A DNA stretch of 64,000 bases from an uncultured Chloroflexia bacterium (GTDB taxonomy: Bacteria; Chloroflexota; UBA6077; JACCZL01), in the NCBI GenBank assembly GCA_963765765.1, contig CAVXYC010000011.1:23609-87608 (forward strand). The letters are read 5' to 3'. Numbering within the stretch: the stretch's first letter is position 1; every line of letters starts with the position of its first letter. Of this stretch, positions 1 through 10,234 are shown piece after piece. A program made the translations under genes and the position numbers. The notes under the pieces were generated by a model that ran no database searches, was not told the origin of the DNA, and saw only the letters and a list, made by a program, of their open reading frames with translations.

Positions 1-927
1 CTGATTACGTTCCACCTTCGGTTGGGGATCACGACTGAACCCTGTCAACGGCTGGCGCGGAGCAAACTCGCAGAACTCGCGTGTGTAGTAGTTCACGCCG
101 ACCCAGTCCTCGGTATCGGCGAGCCAATCGATTTTGCGACCGCGTCCCAGCGGCGGGAGGAACTGGCCAGTTCGGATTGCAAGCGGGAACCACCGATTGT
201 TGATCCAATCACGCGTGTTGGCCACTCGGATATCCGCCGCATGGCCGGCACGGTATGGATCGAAGACTCGCCAATGATGCGCGACACCCACCTGGGCATC
301 AGGTTGCAAGTCGTGGATTGCGTGGTATGCCCGACCATGAGCCAGCGCCATGGTTCGCATCACACGGATCCCATGTACGGGGTCGTATCTGTGTGGGGGC
401 CAGACACCGAATACATATCCCTGAGATGTGTACACGGTAGGCTCATTGATGGTGACCCAATATTGCACGATGTCTTTCAGTGCCGAAACCACTTGCCGGG
501 CGTAGCGAGCGAACAGCTCCGGTGTGGCTGAGCGTGTCCACCCACCGCCACGCGCAAGCCAGGCGGGACTTGTAAAGTGGTGAAGCGTCACGAGTGGCTC
601 CATACCATTGACGCGGACGCTCTCAATGACGCGGCGATAATGGTCGATCGCTTGATGATCGAACTCGCCGATGCGTGGCTCTATTCGGCTCCACTCTATG
701 GAGAGACGATGGGCGTTGTGACCGAGCTGGCGCATGAGCTGGAAATCGTCACCATAGCGCTGGAGCTGTTCGCAGGCCACACCGGACTGAAACGGCAATC
801 TCCCGGCTTGTTCATGGATCCACCAATCATTCAGGTGGTTCCAACCTTCAACCTGATGCGATGCCGTGGCGGAGCCCCAGAGGAATTTCTCGGGGAAGCG
901 GAGTGCTATTTCAGAATCGGCGATCAC
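1..927 (-). CDS. Glycoside hydrolase family 1 (beta-glucosidase/galactosidase), runs off window start
   Basis: Missing from the ORF track. Manual translation from GTG at 927 gives MIADSEIALRFPEKFLWGSATASHQVEG...RLSIEWSRIEP...TLHHFT...YWVTINEP...GVNYY, which are GH1 motifs. The start overlaps the upstream gene's TGA. Confidence 0.92.
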   Translation of the reverse strand, partial: MIADSEIALRFPEKFLWGSATASHQVEGWNHLNDWWIHEQAGRLPFQSGVACEQLQRYGDDFQLMRQLGHNAHRLSIEWSRIEPRIGEFDHQAIDHYRRVIESVRVNGMEPLVTLHHFTSPAWLARGGGWTRSATPELFARYARQVVSALKDIVQYWVTINEPTVYTSQGYVFGVWPPHRYDPVHGIRVMRTMALAHGRAYHAIHDLQPDAQVGVAHHWRVFDPYRAGHAADIRVANTRDWINNRWFPLAIRTGQFLPPLGRGRKIDWLADTEDWVGVNYYTREFCEFAPRQPLTGFSRDPQPKVERNQ

Positions 928-1928
928 TGTGTTGCGGCGACGACTACCTGGGATCTTGAGCGCACCATTCGCACCAGGCAGAGCGCTGCCGCGAGGAGTG
1001 GCAGCGGCGCGAGTATGGAAAGGTGCATGGCTACAGTGTACGCCGACGCCAGACCCGGCTCAGCGCCAAAGTGATCCATGAGCGACCGCACCGGAAACTC
1101 GACCGTGCCCAATCCTCCTGGAGCACCAGGCACACCAAACGCAAAGTTGGTCACACCTACCGTCGCAAAAGGCAACGCGGGTGAAGTAAGCCAGCCAAAG
1201 GCGATAAGCAGACAGTAGCAAGCCAACGCCTGAGCCCCCCAGGCCATCACTGAGAGCTTGATGGCACGGATGATCCGCGGGCGGTCGGTCTGCCGCACCG
1301 CTTCGATTGCCTGCAAAAGCAGCCGCCGAACATAGGAACCCGAAACGGGCGTAGTGACGTCATACTTAACACGGCCTGCGAGCGGTAGTGCCGCGAAGAC
1401 CGGTCCGTGAATCGCGATGGCCACGAGGCCAAGGAGAAGAAGCCAGTTGTTCGCACCAGTCGCCACGGCAGAGCTGGTAATAAAGGTACCGAGCACAACG
1501 CCGTCAACGCAGCGTTCGATGAGCTCGGCGGCCGCGAGCTGAGCCACACTGATATGAGGGATGCGGGAGGCTAAGGCAAGCTTTACAACATCTCCACCGC
1601 GCGCCGGCAGGATGATGCCCACAAGTGCAGCCGTAAGGCCGATTCCGGCAAGCTGGCTTGTGCGCAGATTGGCTCGGGGGCCGAGCAGCACACCCCAGCG
1701 AAGTGTTCGCAACCAGAAATTGACGCAGCCAAACAGCAGGGTCGGTAGAATCAGCCACCAGGTGACTTCGCTGAGTGCCTCGCGCACAGCATCGCCATCC
1801 ATAGACGAAAGAAATAGCGCCGCGCCGGCGGACCCGAGTCCAGCGCCGGCCAGGGGAATGAGGTACTTGTGCCAGACGCTCGGGGGGAAAAGCATGCGGG
1901 GACGGATCATACAACAATGATCGGTCAC
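924..1928 (-). CDS. Lysylphosphatidylglycerol synthase TM-region / flippase-like membrane protein (UPF0104)
   Basis: Multi-TM protein with motifs LRTLRW, LPARGGDVVK, ERCVD and PGAPGGLGTVE. Confidence 0.8.
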   Translation of the reverse strand: MTDHCCMIRPRMLFPPSVWHKYLIPLAGAGLGSAGAALFLSSMDGDAVREALSEVTWWLILPTLLFGCVNFWLRTLRWGVLLGPRANLRTSQLAGIGLTAALVGIILPARGGDVVKLALASRIPHISVAQLAAAELIERCVDGVVLGTFITSSAVATGANNWLLLLGLVAIAIHGPVFAALPLAGRVKYDVTTPVSGSYVRRLLLQAIEAVRQTDRPRIIRAIKLSVMAWGAQALACYCLLIAFGWLTSPALPFATVGVTNFAFGVPGAPGGLGTVEFPVRSLMDHFGAEPGLASAYTVAMHLSILAPLPLLAAALCLVRMVRSRSQVVVAATQ

Positions 1929-2145
1929 ATGGCGGATTTAAGCGGTGTGACCTGCTTGTAACGTGATCGGGGCCTTCGACCGATGGCCCTGAAATTGAGC
2001 TTTTCTCTATTGTGTTGACCCTGAAATTGCTTTGTCTACCGGCCCCGAACGGCATATAAGTACCGTGAGGTGCTGGGCGGACCGCATATCCGGCATGGCG
2101 AATGCAATGCTGATGACCCCGGCCAAGTAAGCTCGAAAGGACACG

Positions 2146-3597
2146 ATGCCCATCAAATTAGGTGACCGAATGCTGGGTCTAGGGACCTGGGCGCTGGTCA
2201 CCCTCCCAATCTGGGGAGCGTTGATCGCGCCACTTATCCTGGCCTGGGCGATCCTACTCTTCAACACTTACTGGTTCCTGCGCTCGGCGGCGCTGGCCAT
2301 TGGAGCCGCCCTTGGTTACATGCGGCTTCGTCGCTCGGAAAAGACGGACTGGATAGGACGAGCGTCTGCATTACCCGGATTTGAACGCGTTCAACATCTG
2401 ATCCTTATCCCCACATATCAGGAATCTGACGAGGTCCTTCGGGCGACGTTGGACCACCTGGTCAATCAGGATTTCCCTAAAGATCGGATCTCAGTGGTCC
2501 TGGCCTTCGAGGCCCGCGACAGCCAGGCTCCCGCGCGCGCCGCGCGGCTGCTCAGCGCGTATCGATCGCGCTTTCAGGGGCTCTTTGCCCTCTTCCATCC
2601 TCCGCAAGCAGGGGAAGTTCCGGGCAAGTCTTCCAATCTAGCCTGGGCGGGTCCACGAGCTCAGAAGCTGCTGGAGCGTCGAGGCATCCAGGGCGCCGAC
2701 GTGCTGGTAACCGTGTGCGACGCGGATTCCCGACTGCACGCTCGATACCTGAGCGCCTTGAGCGAATCGCACCTCAGTGATCCCAACCGTGAGAACCATC
2801 TGTATCAGCCGGCAATCTTGTTTCACGCCAACATGGACCGACTGCTTCCGTGGCTCCGCGTATCAAACTCCGCATATTCAGCGTGGTCGCTAGCACGACT
2901 AGCCTTGGGATCACGTCTGGTCTTGCAGTCCACATACTCGCTGCCGCTCGACCTGTGTATCGCCGTCGGCTACTGGGATGCGGACGTCATTCCGGAGGAT
3001 TCGCGGCTTTGCTTCAAGGTGATGCTCGCTCGAGGCAAGACGGCGCGCGTCAAGCCGATATACCTGCCAGTGCTAGCTGATGCTGCCGAAGGCGCTACGG
3101 TATGGGAGACGATGCTGGCACAGTATCGTCAGATACGCCGTTGGGCCTGGGGCGCATCCGATGTCACGTATGTGATTTCAGGGCTAGCCAAGTCCATCAC
3201 GATAGACGGGAGCCGTCCGCGACTAGCACCAGTCCTGGGGTTCATCGAGGACCACATTAGCTGGCCCAGCCACTGGTTCCTGATAACTCTTGGATTGCAT
3301 CTGCCGCCACTTTTGGCGCCACCATTTGCGCACTCACCACAAGGAATCGCCATCTTGAACCTGGCTAGCGCGGTCATCACGGCCAGCCTGCCGTGCCTTC
3401 TCGTCGCCATCGCAGTGGATCGACTTCTGCGTGGCATGCCGGTCAACCCGCTGGAGTGGCTGTACGAGTTCTTCGGATGGCTCTTGCTGCCGATTCTTGG
3501 ACTCGCGTTCGTGACGCTGCCAGCGCTGGACGCCCACACGCGGCTGCTCTTCGGCCGGCCGCTCAGTTACCAGACGACGCCGAAGCTAGCCCCGTAG
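2146..3597 (+). CDS. Membrane glycosyltransferase family 2
   Basis: IPTYQE, GKSSNL, DAD, PEDS and QIRRWAWG (QxxRW) motifs with flanking TM helices. Confidence 0.85.
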   Translation: MPIKLGDRMLGLGTWALVTLPIWGALIAPLILAWAILLFNTYWFLRSAALAIGAALGYMRLRRSEKTDWIGRASALPGFERVQHLILIPTYQESDEVLRATLDHLVNQDFPKDRISVVLAFEARDSQAPARAARLLSAYRSRFQGLFALFHPPQAGEVPGKSSNLAWAGPRAQKLLERRGIQGADVLVTVCDADSRLHARYLSALSESHLSDPNRENHLYQPAILFHANMDRLLPWLRVSNSAYSAWSLARLALGSRLVLQSTYSLPLDLCIAVGYWDADVIPEDSRLCFKVMLARGKTARVKPIYLPVLADAAEGATVWETMLAQYRQIRRWAWGASDVTYVISGLAKSITIDGSRPRLAPVLGFIEDHISWPSHWFLITLGLHLPPLLAPPFAHSPQGIAILNLASAVITASLPCLLVAIAVDRLLRGMPVNPLEWLYEFFGWLLLPILGLAFVTLPALDAHTRLLFGRPLSYQTTPKLAP

Positions 3598-3600
3598 CGC

Positions 3601-3640
3601 CTGGTGGGGGACGATAGGGAGACCTTCGTCCCCCCATCAG
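3601..3640 (+). terminator. Hairpin immediately after GT2 stop
   Basis: CTGGTGGGGGACGA...TCGTCCCCCCATCAG inverted repeat; no U-tract. Confidence 0.4.
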
Positions 3641-4789
3641 GCGTCCGTCTTTCGAGTCGAACCCGCAAGCCGTGGCGTACATACGGCGTACCGACTTCGG
3701 ATGACTTTGGGTGTGACGCCTGTCTTCCAGTAACCCGTCCAGAGCAATATCTAGATCGCGCTCGCCCGCTCGGCCATTCCATTCGGGCCGTACAGCGCCT
3801 GCCAGGCATTTGCCTGCTCACTGAACTCGCCTACTTCGTTGGCCACGCAGCCTTCGGGATCTCGGGCAAGCTGACGGCCCATTAAATCGTAGAGGTGCCT
3901 GGGGCCAACTAATGGTGCAGATCCAGGCAACTAACTGGCAGGGCCTGTACTCAAGAAGCCCGTGCTAAGACCTCCCGGCCCAGTTCGGCCAGTCCAATGG
4001 CCGACTGATCATCTCTCTTTTGTGGCCGAGTAGCGGCGAAGCGACGATTGACCATGCGGCGCTGAATCCGGCCCCCGTCTCAATGTTGGCTCGAATCATG
4101 CAGATCAATTCAGCATTCCCCTTATTCATCAATCGCTGGAGGCAATCAACCATGGCGAGTTTATTGGCGTTGGGTGCGACTATCATCTCCTTGCCCTGTC
4201 CGAATTGCAGGGGGTCCATGCTTGTGCACGATGGAACGGTAGGTGAGATCACCTGCCAACTGTGCTCGCGATCGTGGGAATGCGCCCCGGATGATCCAGG
4301 CCACGAGGATTGCATCCACTTCTCGTCGGTGTGCCCGTTGCCTCCATTTCCGCGCTCACGGGAGAGTTCGAGCCTCACAGTCTGGATAGTCGGTCGACGC
4401 TGACTTCCATACCGCAAAGACCGTAATAAGCGCAGACCCAGCGCGGGCGGGCCGCGTCTTCGACCGGGTTCATCCATCGTAGGGCGGCCTCCATCGTGTC
4501 TGGAATATCACGACCAGAGCGATAGCTGCCCGAGCCGGGTTTAGTCATTGCGCATTCGGCATATCTCCTGCTTCGGGAGTTATGCCCAGCTTGCGCCCGC
4601 CTGGTGCATCGAAGTTCCACGGTATTCTCCTGACCGCGATCTAGTCAGGCGCGGAGCATCGTGCCAGCGCCGGCCGTTGACCAGCCGATCAAGCTCCACA
4701 GTGGGTCGTCAAGTGGCTTCAGCCGGACTTCAACTGAATGTGCGTGGCCGCAGTATCCAGGTTCGTCGTCTTCCCCAGGCACCCAGCGG

Positions 4790-5200
4790 GCCGTTCGCAG
4801 TGCTCGCAATCCCGGGACCCGGCCCGATCGCCGCGATGGCGGGCGATGATGCGGGGAATCGCTACCAGTAGCTCGGTCGGGCCAAATACAGCTATGACTT
4901 GCTCTGGATGATGCTCCTGATCGCGGTAGTTCTCGCGTTAGAGCAATAGATGGTCGCACGGCTTGGCGCGGCCAGGGGGTGAGGTCTCCTCGACCTCATC
5001 CGCGAGCGCTACGCAATCGGCCGGGCTCTCGTTCCGGTGGGGGTTGTGCTGATCGCAAATGGCGGAGTGATCGTTACGGAGTTTGTCGGGTTCGGTGCCG
5101 CGGTGGAGTTATTTGGCGGGAGCCGTTACTGGGCCGTGCGCTGAGCGCCGTCATAGTCTGGCACCTCGTCATCGGTGGGAATTACGGGCAAAGTGACGTT
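4790..5200 (+). pseudogene. NRAMP/MntH-family divalent metal transporter remnant (N-terminal part only)
   Basis: Pieced translation GPGPIAAMAGDDAG..KYSYDLLWMMLLIAVVLALEQ*MVARLGAARG*GLLDLIRERY..IANGGVIVTEFVGFGAAVELFG. It has in-frame stops, frameshifts and is truncated. Confidence 0.8.
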
Positions 5201-5524
5201 GCTTGGCGTCCAGCTGCTCACCGCACTCGGCTTTGGAAGCTGATCGCAGGGGAGTCGACCGATGCAACAGGACATCGTTCACGCGAACCGCTCTGGTGAA
5301 CATGTTGCGATCATCGTGCGCTCAGTGGATATGGCGTGGTGGGATCCACGTACCAGTCGGAAGTCAAGGAAGGGCGGCGCAGGTGACCATGGTTGGAGAT
5401 AGTATTGAGCCCTGCATGTTCTGTCCGTGAGCCCAGAGGAAGTGGAGCGTGATGGCACACTGTTCATTGCCCAACCGTTCTACTACCGTTGGCAATACGT
5501 CATTCAGCACCGGAGATGATCAAT

Positions 5525-6094
5525 ATGACACCGCTCGAGATCTGTCGGCGCACGCTAGAGAATGCTCAGCAAGTCATCAATCAGGTGGGCCCCGAGGACC
5601 TCGGGAAGCCCACACCTTGTTCTGATTGGGATGCTCGAGCGCTGGTGAATCACATGATTGGGGCGCTGGACGCGCTAGAGTCGCCGGCGCGGGGGGAGCA
5701 GCTGGATTTCAGCGCGGGTGGCTCGGAGGATGTCATTGGCTCCGACCCGGCCGGCGCCTTCTCGAAGAAAGCGTCTGAATTCGTTGCTGCCTGGAGTGCA
5801 CCCGGTGCAACAGAGCGCGTGGTCACGACAATGTTCGGGGAGCAGCCTTCGACGTTCTATTTGGGTCTCGCGACCGCCGACATCCTCTTGCATGGGTGGG
5901 ACCTCGCCACTGCCATCGGCGCACCCTACACCATGGATGAGACCACTTCCGCGGAAGTCTTAGCCAACATGCAACGAATGCTCAGGCCGGAGATGCGGGG
6001 AGAGGGAAAAGCCTTCGCGAACGAGGTCACTTGTGCCTCTGATGCATCAGTCCAGGAGCGCCTGGTGGCGTTTTCTGGGCGGAGTTCTGGTTAG
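5525..6094 (+). CDS. TIGR03086-family DinB/maleylpyruvate-isomerase-like metal-binding protein
   Basis: PTPCSDWDARALVNH, LLHGWDLATA and RLVAFSGR motifs. Start at 5517 or 5525. Confidence 0.85.
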   Translation: MTPLEICRRTLENAQQVINQVGPEDLGKPTPCSDWDARALVNHMIGALDALESPARGEQLDFSAGGSEDVIGSDPAGAFSKKASEFVAAWSAPGATERVVTTMFGEQPSTFYLGLATADILLHGWDLATAIGAPYTMDETTSAEVLANMQRMLRPEMRGEGKAFANEVTCASDASVQERLVAFSGRSSG

Positions 6095-6118
6095 GCGGAC
6101 TGCACGAGGGTCCAGCGA

Positions 6119-6934
6119 TCACCTTGACAGCAAGGAACTCACTTCGTCAGGAGCCCCCCATGTCTCGACGCCGCCAAGACCATGTTCCAGGTTCCATTCC
6201 TTGACCTGGAAAACGCGGCCGGTCACTCGAGCATCCTGCTGGGCCAGCATCAGTACCACGGGGACCACCGATGTGGCGGACCACGGGATCGCGGTTGGAG
6301 CTACTCCCGTCATCTCGGCACGCAGTCGAGTCTGTTCTTCATAGCCGGTTGAGCGCGTCATGGCCGGAAACACCGCGTTCACGGCGATATTCTTCTCGCG
6401 CAACTCATCCGCTAGCGACTGAGTGAGATTCGTAAGCGCCGCCTTGGCCGCGCCATAGGGCTGATTGAACGCGCGCCCCCGAGATCCGGAGTCGGATGAG
6501 ATGTTGATGATGCTTCCGGAGCCCTTTGCCAGCATTGGCTGACCAAACCACCGAATGACGCGCACGGGACCGAGCGTATTGACCTCCAGCATTCGCTGCC
6601 ACTGCTCGATTGGCAGATCGAGCGTCGGGATAATCGTGGATGGCACAACATCGCGCATGCGCATGCCAGCGTTATTGACGATCACGTCGACCGTGCCAAA
6701 TCGCGCCATCGTTGCTTCAAATGCGCGAGCAAGCGACGATTCATCGGTCACGTCAACGGTATCCACCAGAGCACGCTCGTTGCTCCGAAGGGAATCAGCA
6801 AACGCCTCTTCTCCGTCCCAGACCCTCTCGAGCGCCACGACTCTGACGCCATGCTCCAGTAACCCCTCAGTAATGGCTCGCCCCATTCCGCGGGCAGCGC
6901 CGGTGACCACGGCAACGCGGTTCTCGAGCTCCAA
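6119..6934 (-). CDS. Short-chain dehydrogenase/reductase
   Basis: TGAARGMG, NNAG and YGAAK motifs. GGAGG precedes TTG at 6934. Confidence 0.9.
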   Translation of the reverse strand: MELENRVAVVTGAARGMGRAITEGLLEHGVRVVALERVWDGEEAFADSLRSNERALVDTVDVTDESSLARAFEATMARFGTVDVIVNNAGMRMRDVVPSTIIPTLDLPIEQWQRMLEVNTLGPVRVIRWFGQPMLAKGSGSIINISSDSGSRGRAFNQPYGAAKAALTNLTQSLADELREKNIAVNAVFPAMTRSTGYEEQTRLRAEMTGVAPTAIPWSATSVVPVVLMLAQQDARVTGRVFQVKEWNLEHGLGGVETWGAPDEVSSLLSR

Positions 6935-7209
6935 GGCATATCCTCCACTACGCACGTGTAAACATCGCAAGGCAAACCCACGGGATCTACCACGCAACGA
7001 AAGGAGCATAGCGTAGCTATCTGCTTCCGAACATGGGGATAGGTCTGAAAGACGGCCACAGGGAGCTCATGAAGTCGTACGTCGCCGCGCAAGATAACGC
7101 GGTTAGCCGCGCTCTCCCAGGTCACTCAGGACCGGAAAAGGCAGCGGAAAATCGTGGGGCGAAACGAGACTGAAAAGCGGGCCCGGGAGTGCGCCCCGGA
7201 TGGCGCTAG

Positions 7210-7428
7210 CTACCGATAGCGGTAAGTGATACGACCGCGGGTGAGATCGTAGGGAGAGAGCTCTACCTTCACACGATCGCCCAGGAGAATCCGTACGCGA
7301 TATTTGCGCATTCGGCCGCTGGTATACGCCAGCACCTCATGCTTGTTATCAAGCTCAACTTTGAATTGCGTGTTTGGCAGCGTGTCAATGACGGTGCCGT
7401 CAACTTCTAATGCTTGGCCACGTGGCAC
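7210..7428 (-). CDS. infA: Translation initiation factor IF-1
   Basis: 72 aa with [10 protein letters not shown]...[39 protein letters not shown] upstream. Confidence 0.95.
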   Translation of the reverse strand: MPRGQALEVDGTVIDTLPNTQFKVELDNKHEVLAYTSGRMRKYRVRILLGDRVKVELSPYDLTRGRITYRYR

Positions 7429-7874
7429 GAGTGGTGGCGCCTCCCTGGTTGCCGCCTTTGGCGGAATTACCTTGAGTCAACGTATCGGGCCGCTTTCGCA
7501 GGTGCGAGGGGAAGCCTCGATCCGGTGCAGGATACCATACGCGCGGTCGAATCAGCCGCATAAGCCGTGACGGCGAGCGTGGAAAACCAAACGCCGCGGC
7601 GTGGCACATCCGGAGAGCAATTCGCTCTTAGCGTCATTAAGCTCGGCAAGCTGCTCGTTGCTCTACTAACGCGACTCCATTCCCTGATCCATGCCGGATT
7701 CTGCAAGAATGGCGACAGTCCTGCTCGCTCTCGAGGGCAGTGCAGCTCAGTCTCGATGGCGGCCAATTCCAAGGCATCATCGGCCGCGATTATGGGCTGG
7801 CGAAAGTCAATGCTACGGGGCCATTACAAGCGCTCGCGATTCGCTTGATAGTGCCGAAAGTCACCATTTTTGTC

Positions 7875-7904
7875 TTGACTCCAGGTGTGAGCCTCTCGTA
7901 GACT
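7875..7904 (+). promoter_or_regulatory. Sigma70-type promoter for riboswitch transcript
   Basis: TTGACT-N18-TAGACT. Confidence 0.55.
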
Positions 7905-7967
7905 GGCGGCTGCGGCAGCAATTGCTGGCCGCAAATCTATATTGAATAAGGACGAATCTACTCACAT

Positions 7968-8100
7968 AGTGCCTAGTCTTCTGGTGACAGGAGAACGGGG
8001 GAACCAATTCCCTGGGGTGAATCGCTTTGCGGCCAGCAATGGCCTCAGCGCGTAGGGCTCTCTCTCAGCCCGAACCCGTCAGCTAACCTCGTAGGCCAGG
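7968..8100 (+). ncRNA. c-di-AMP (ydaO/yuaA) riboswitch
   Basis: GCCTAGTC..GAACGGGGGAACCA..GGGGTGAATC..GTAGGG..CCCGAACCCGTCAGCTAACCTCGTAGGC matches the ydaO consensus and lies upstream of a cell-wall enzyme. Confidence 0.92.
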
Positions 8101-8183
8101 AAGCCTCCCACCTGCAATCGCGGCGCGCAATCGTAGGTGCCAGGCGGGAATCGAGAGAGGAGTAGCGTCGGCTAACTGCTGTT

Positions 8184-8212
8184 GGCCAGGGGCTTCGACC
8201 TCCTGGTTTTTT
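8184..8212 (+). terminator. Intrinsic terminator of riboswitch expression platform
   Basis: GGCCAGGGG-CTTCGA-CCTCCTGG followed by TTTTTT. Confidence 0.75.
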
Positions 8213-8315
8213 GTTGCTCAATTTTCGGGCAACGCGGCGACACCACTATCGCCTCCTCGTGTCAGCGGCTTTGACACGGTGAATCCAACAGCGGTTGCAA
8301 GGAGGATATGAATCG

Positions 8316-9005
8316 GTGCGAGGCGTACTAAACGCGGCCCTGCTTTTGACTGTAGTCGGGCTAGGAAGTGCCATCACGGCGTCACCGTTCACGGCTGAGG
8401 CAGCAGGGCTCAAGGTAGGAAGCATCGTAACGGTCACGGGAACGGACGGGAGTGGCTTGCGCGTCCGCAGTGCCCCGGGAATCACAAACAACGTACTGAC
8501 GACGATCCGGGATGGACAGAAACTCGAGATTCTCGATGGTCCAGAAACCGCGGACGGCCTGGAATGGTACCAGGTCAAATCAGGATCAATCAGGGGCTGG
8601 TCAAATGGGAAGTACCTGGTAGCAGCACCGGCGGAGCGCGCTCCGAAGTCTGCAAGCCCCTATGATTCAGAGCTTGCAGCACCGATACCGGCTGTGCCCG
8701 CGGGTGCTCGAACGTTCGTCTCTCGGACGACAGGTTATGCTCGCGGCAACAAGGGCGTGGGTAGTAAGACAGCCACGGGCACCGCAGTGCGGTGGGGAAC
8801 CGTCGCGGTAGACCCAAGCGTCATTTCGTTTGGGAGCCAACTCCTCATCGAGGGTTTTGATGGAGGGCTCTTCATCGCAGAGGATCGCGGGAGCGCCATC
8901 AAGGGCAGGCACGTGGACATCTTCTTTCCTGAAGCTGTTACCGCGACTAAGTACGGCTCCCAGCAACGCAAGGTGACCATCATCCGCGAGGGCTACGGGC
9001 GCTAG
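8316..9005 (+). CDS. Secreted SH3b + 3D-domain (lytic transglycosylase-like) cell-wall protein
   Basis: Signal peptide; SH3b (LRVRSAPG..WYQVK..GWSNGKYL); 3D domain (TATG, VAVDP, AEDRGSAIKGRHVDIF). Confidence 0.88.
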   Translation: MRGVLNAALLLTVVGLGSAITASPFTAEAAGLKVGSIVTVTGTDGSGLRVRSAPGITNNVLTTIRDGQKLEILDGPETADGLEWYQVKSGSIRGWSNGKYLVAAPAERAPKSASPYDSELAAPIPAVPAGARTFVSRTTGYARGNKGVGSKTATGTAVRWGTVAVDPSVISFGSQLLIEGFDGGLFIAEDRGSAIKGRHVDIFFPEAVTATKYGSQQRKVTIIREGYGR

Positions 9006-9236
9006 ACGCTTCCAGTCGCCAATCTAACATCGCTCCGATGATGCGGCTTGCAGTGCGCATGCGGGAGCGCCGCTTTGGATGGGATCCGAAATAACCGACG
9101 TGGATCGCGAGAATTGAAAGCGGTGCTTCCGCACGCCCCACTCCAAGGCGCATCTAGGGTCAATCTTACGAATGCCCGGCTGCTCGCTCCTGATTGACTG
9201 GTGGTGTGCAAACTACTTTAATGGACTGCCACCAGT

Positions 9237-10029
9237 ATGGCTTTAGTCGATCCGTACCGCAGCCTGCTACTGCTCCAGGAAGAGCAGGCTCAGCTATGTG
9301 CTCGCATAGACAGCCTTACGCCGGCCGATCTAGAAGCCCCATCGAACCTGCGGCGCTGGTCCGTACAGGATCTCATCGTGCACGTCAGCTGTGTGTGCGA
9401 CGCGATCAACGCAGCCACTGCAGCGAGCCCTAGTTGGCGATAGGACCGGTATTTTCGGTGCAGAATGGCAGTCGCGGGAGCTTGCGATTCGGGCGCAGCC
9501 CCGAGACAGCTGGTGTGAGCTGCAGCGGAGCTCAGTGCGCCACATCGTTGAACGGGTCCAGAAGCTAAGCCTTTCGCAGCTCGAAGCGTGCACGTTTCCA
9601 CACACCATGGGAGAACGGTCCATACGCTGGTACTGCAGTCAGTTGTTGTCTGAAGTGGCCTTCCATCGCTGGGACCTGAACCGGTCTCTGGGAAATACCG
9701 GTCCGCTAGAAAACGCGCTTGCGGAGCAGTTGTTGCCATTTATGCTCGACGAGCATGAAGGGCTCTTCGCTCGTAGACGCTCCACTGGCGCAGATCAGAG
9801 CTTTATCGTCGGTACCCCTATGGATGCGTACTGGACGCTCGCGGTGACTGAGCGTGGCACTACTATTTCAGCAGGCCGTCACGGAAACAACCCGTTGATC
9901 GTAGCAGAGCCAGGCTGGCTCGCACTGGCGCTGTTTAGTCGGCTACGGATTGACGCCGCCTCGTTTTCCATCACTGGACCGGCCGATCTGCCGGATACGT
10001 TTGCCGCGGTATTCGGTCCCCGAACCTGA
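9237..10029 (+). CDS. Maleylpyruvate-isomerase/DinB-like protein (one frame break near 9420)
   Basis: PSNLRRWSVQDLIVH in the first frame and EVAFHRWDL in the second. Confidence 0.7.
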
Positions 10030-10234
10030 CGCGGCATATGGAGCACGGAGAGCGATACACGCGCGACTCCGCACTCCTGGAAGTTTCCTACATAGATTGC
10101 GCCACCGATATCGCCGTGCTAGAGCGCCCACACCGTCAAATCTGATTACGGCCCGGCGATCCCGGCGACGACCGCACGGAGCGGGCAGAGTCACCCCATA
10201 AGGGCGACCACATAGCGATCGTGCGCCGGGGGCG

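Noticed and set aside
22-1074. Plus-strand ORFs 22-531 and 577-1074
   Set aside because: Antisense shadows of the GH1 gene on the minus strand.
3650-3680. GGGTTCGACTC (minus strand), tRNA T-loop-like
   Set aside because: No T-stem, acceptor stem or cloverleaf.
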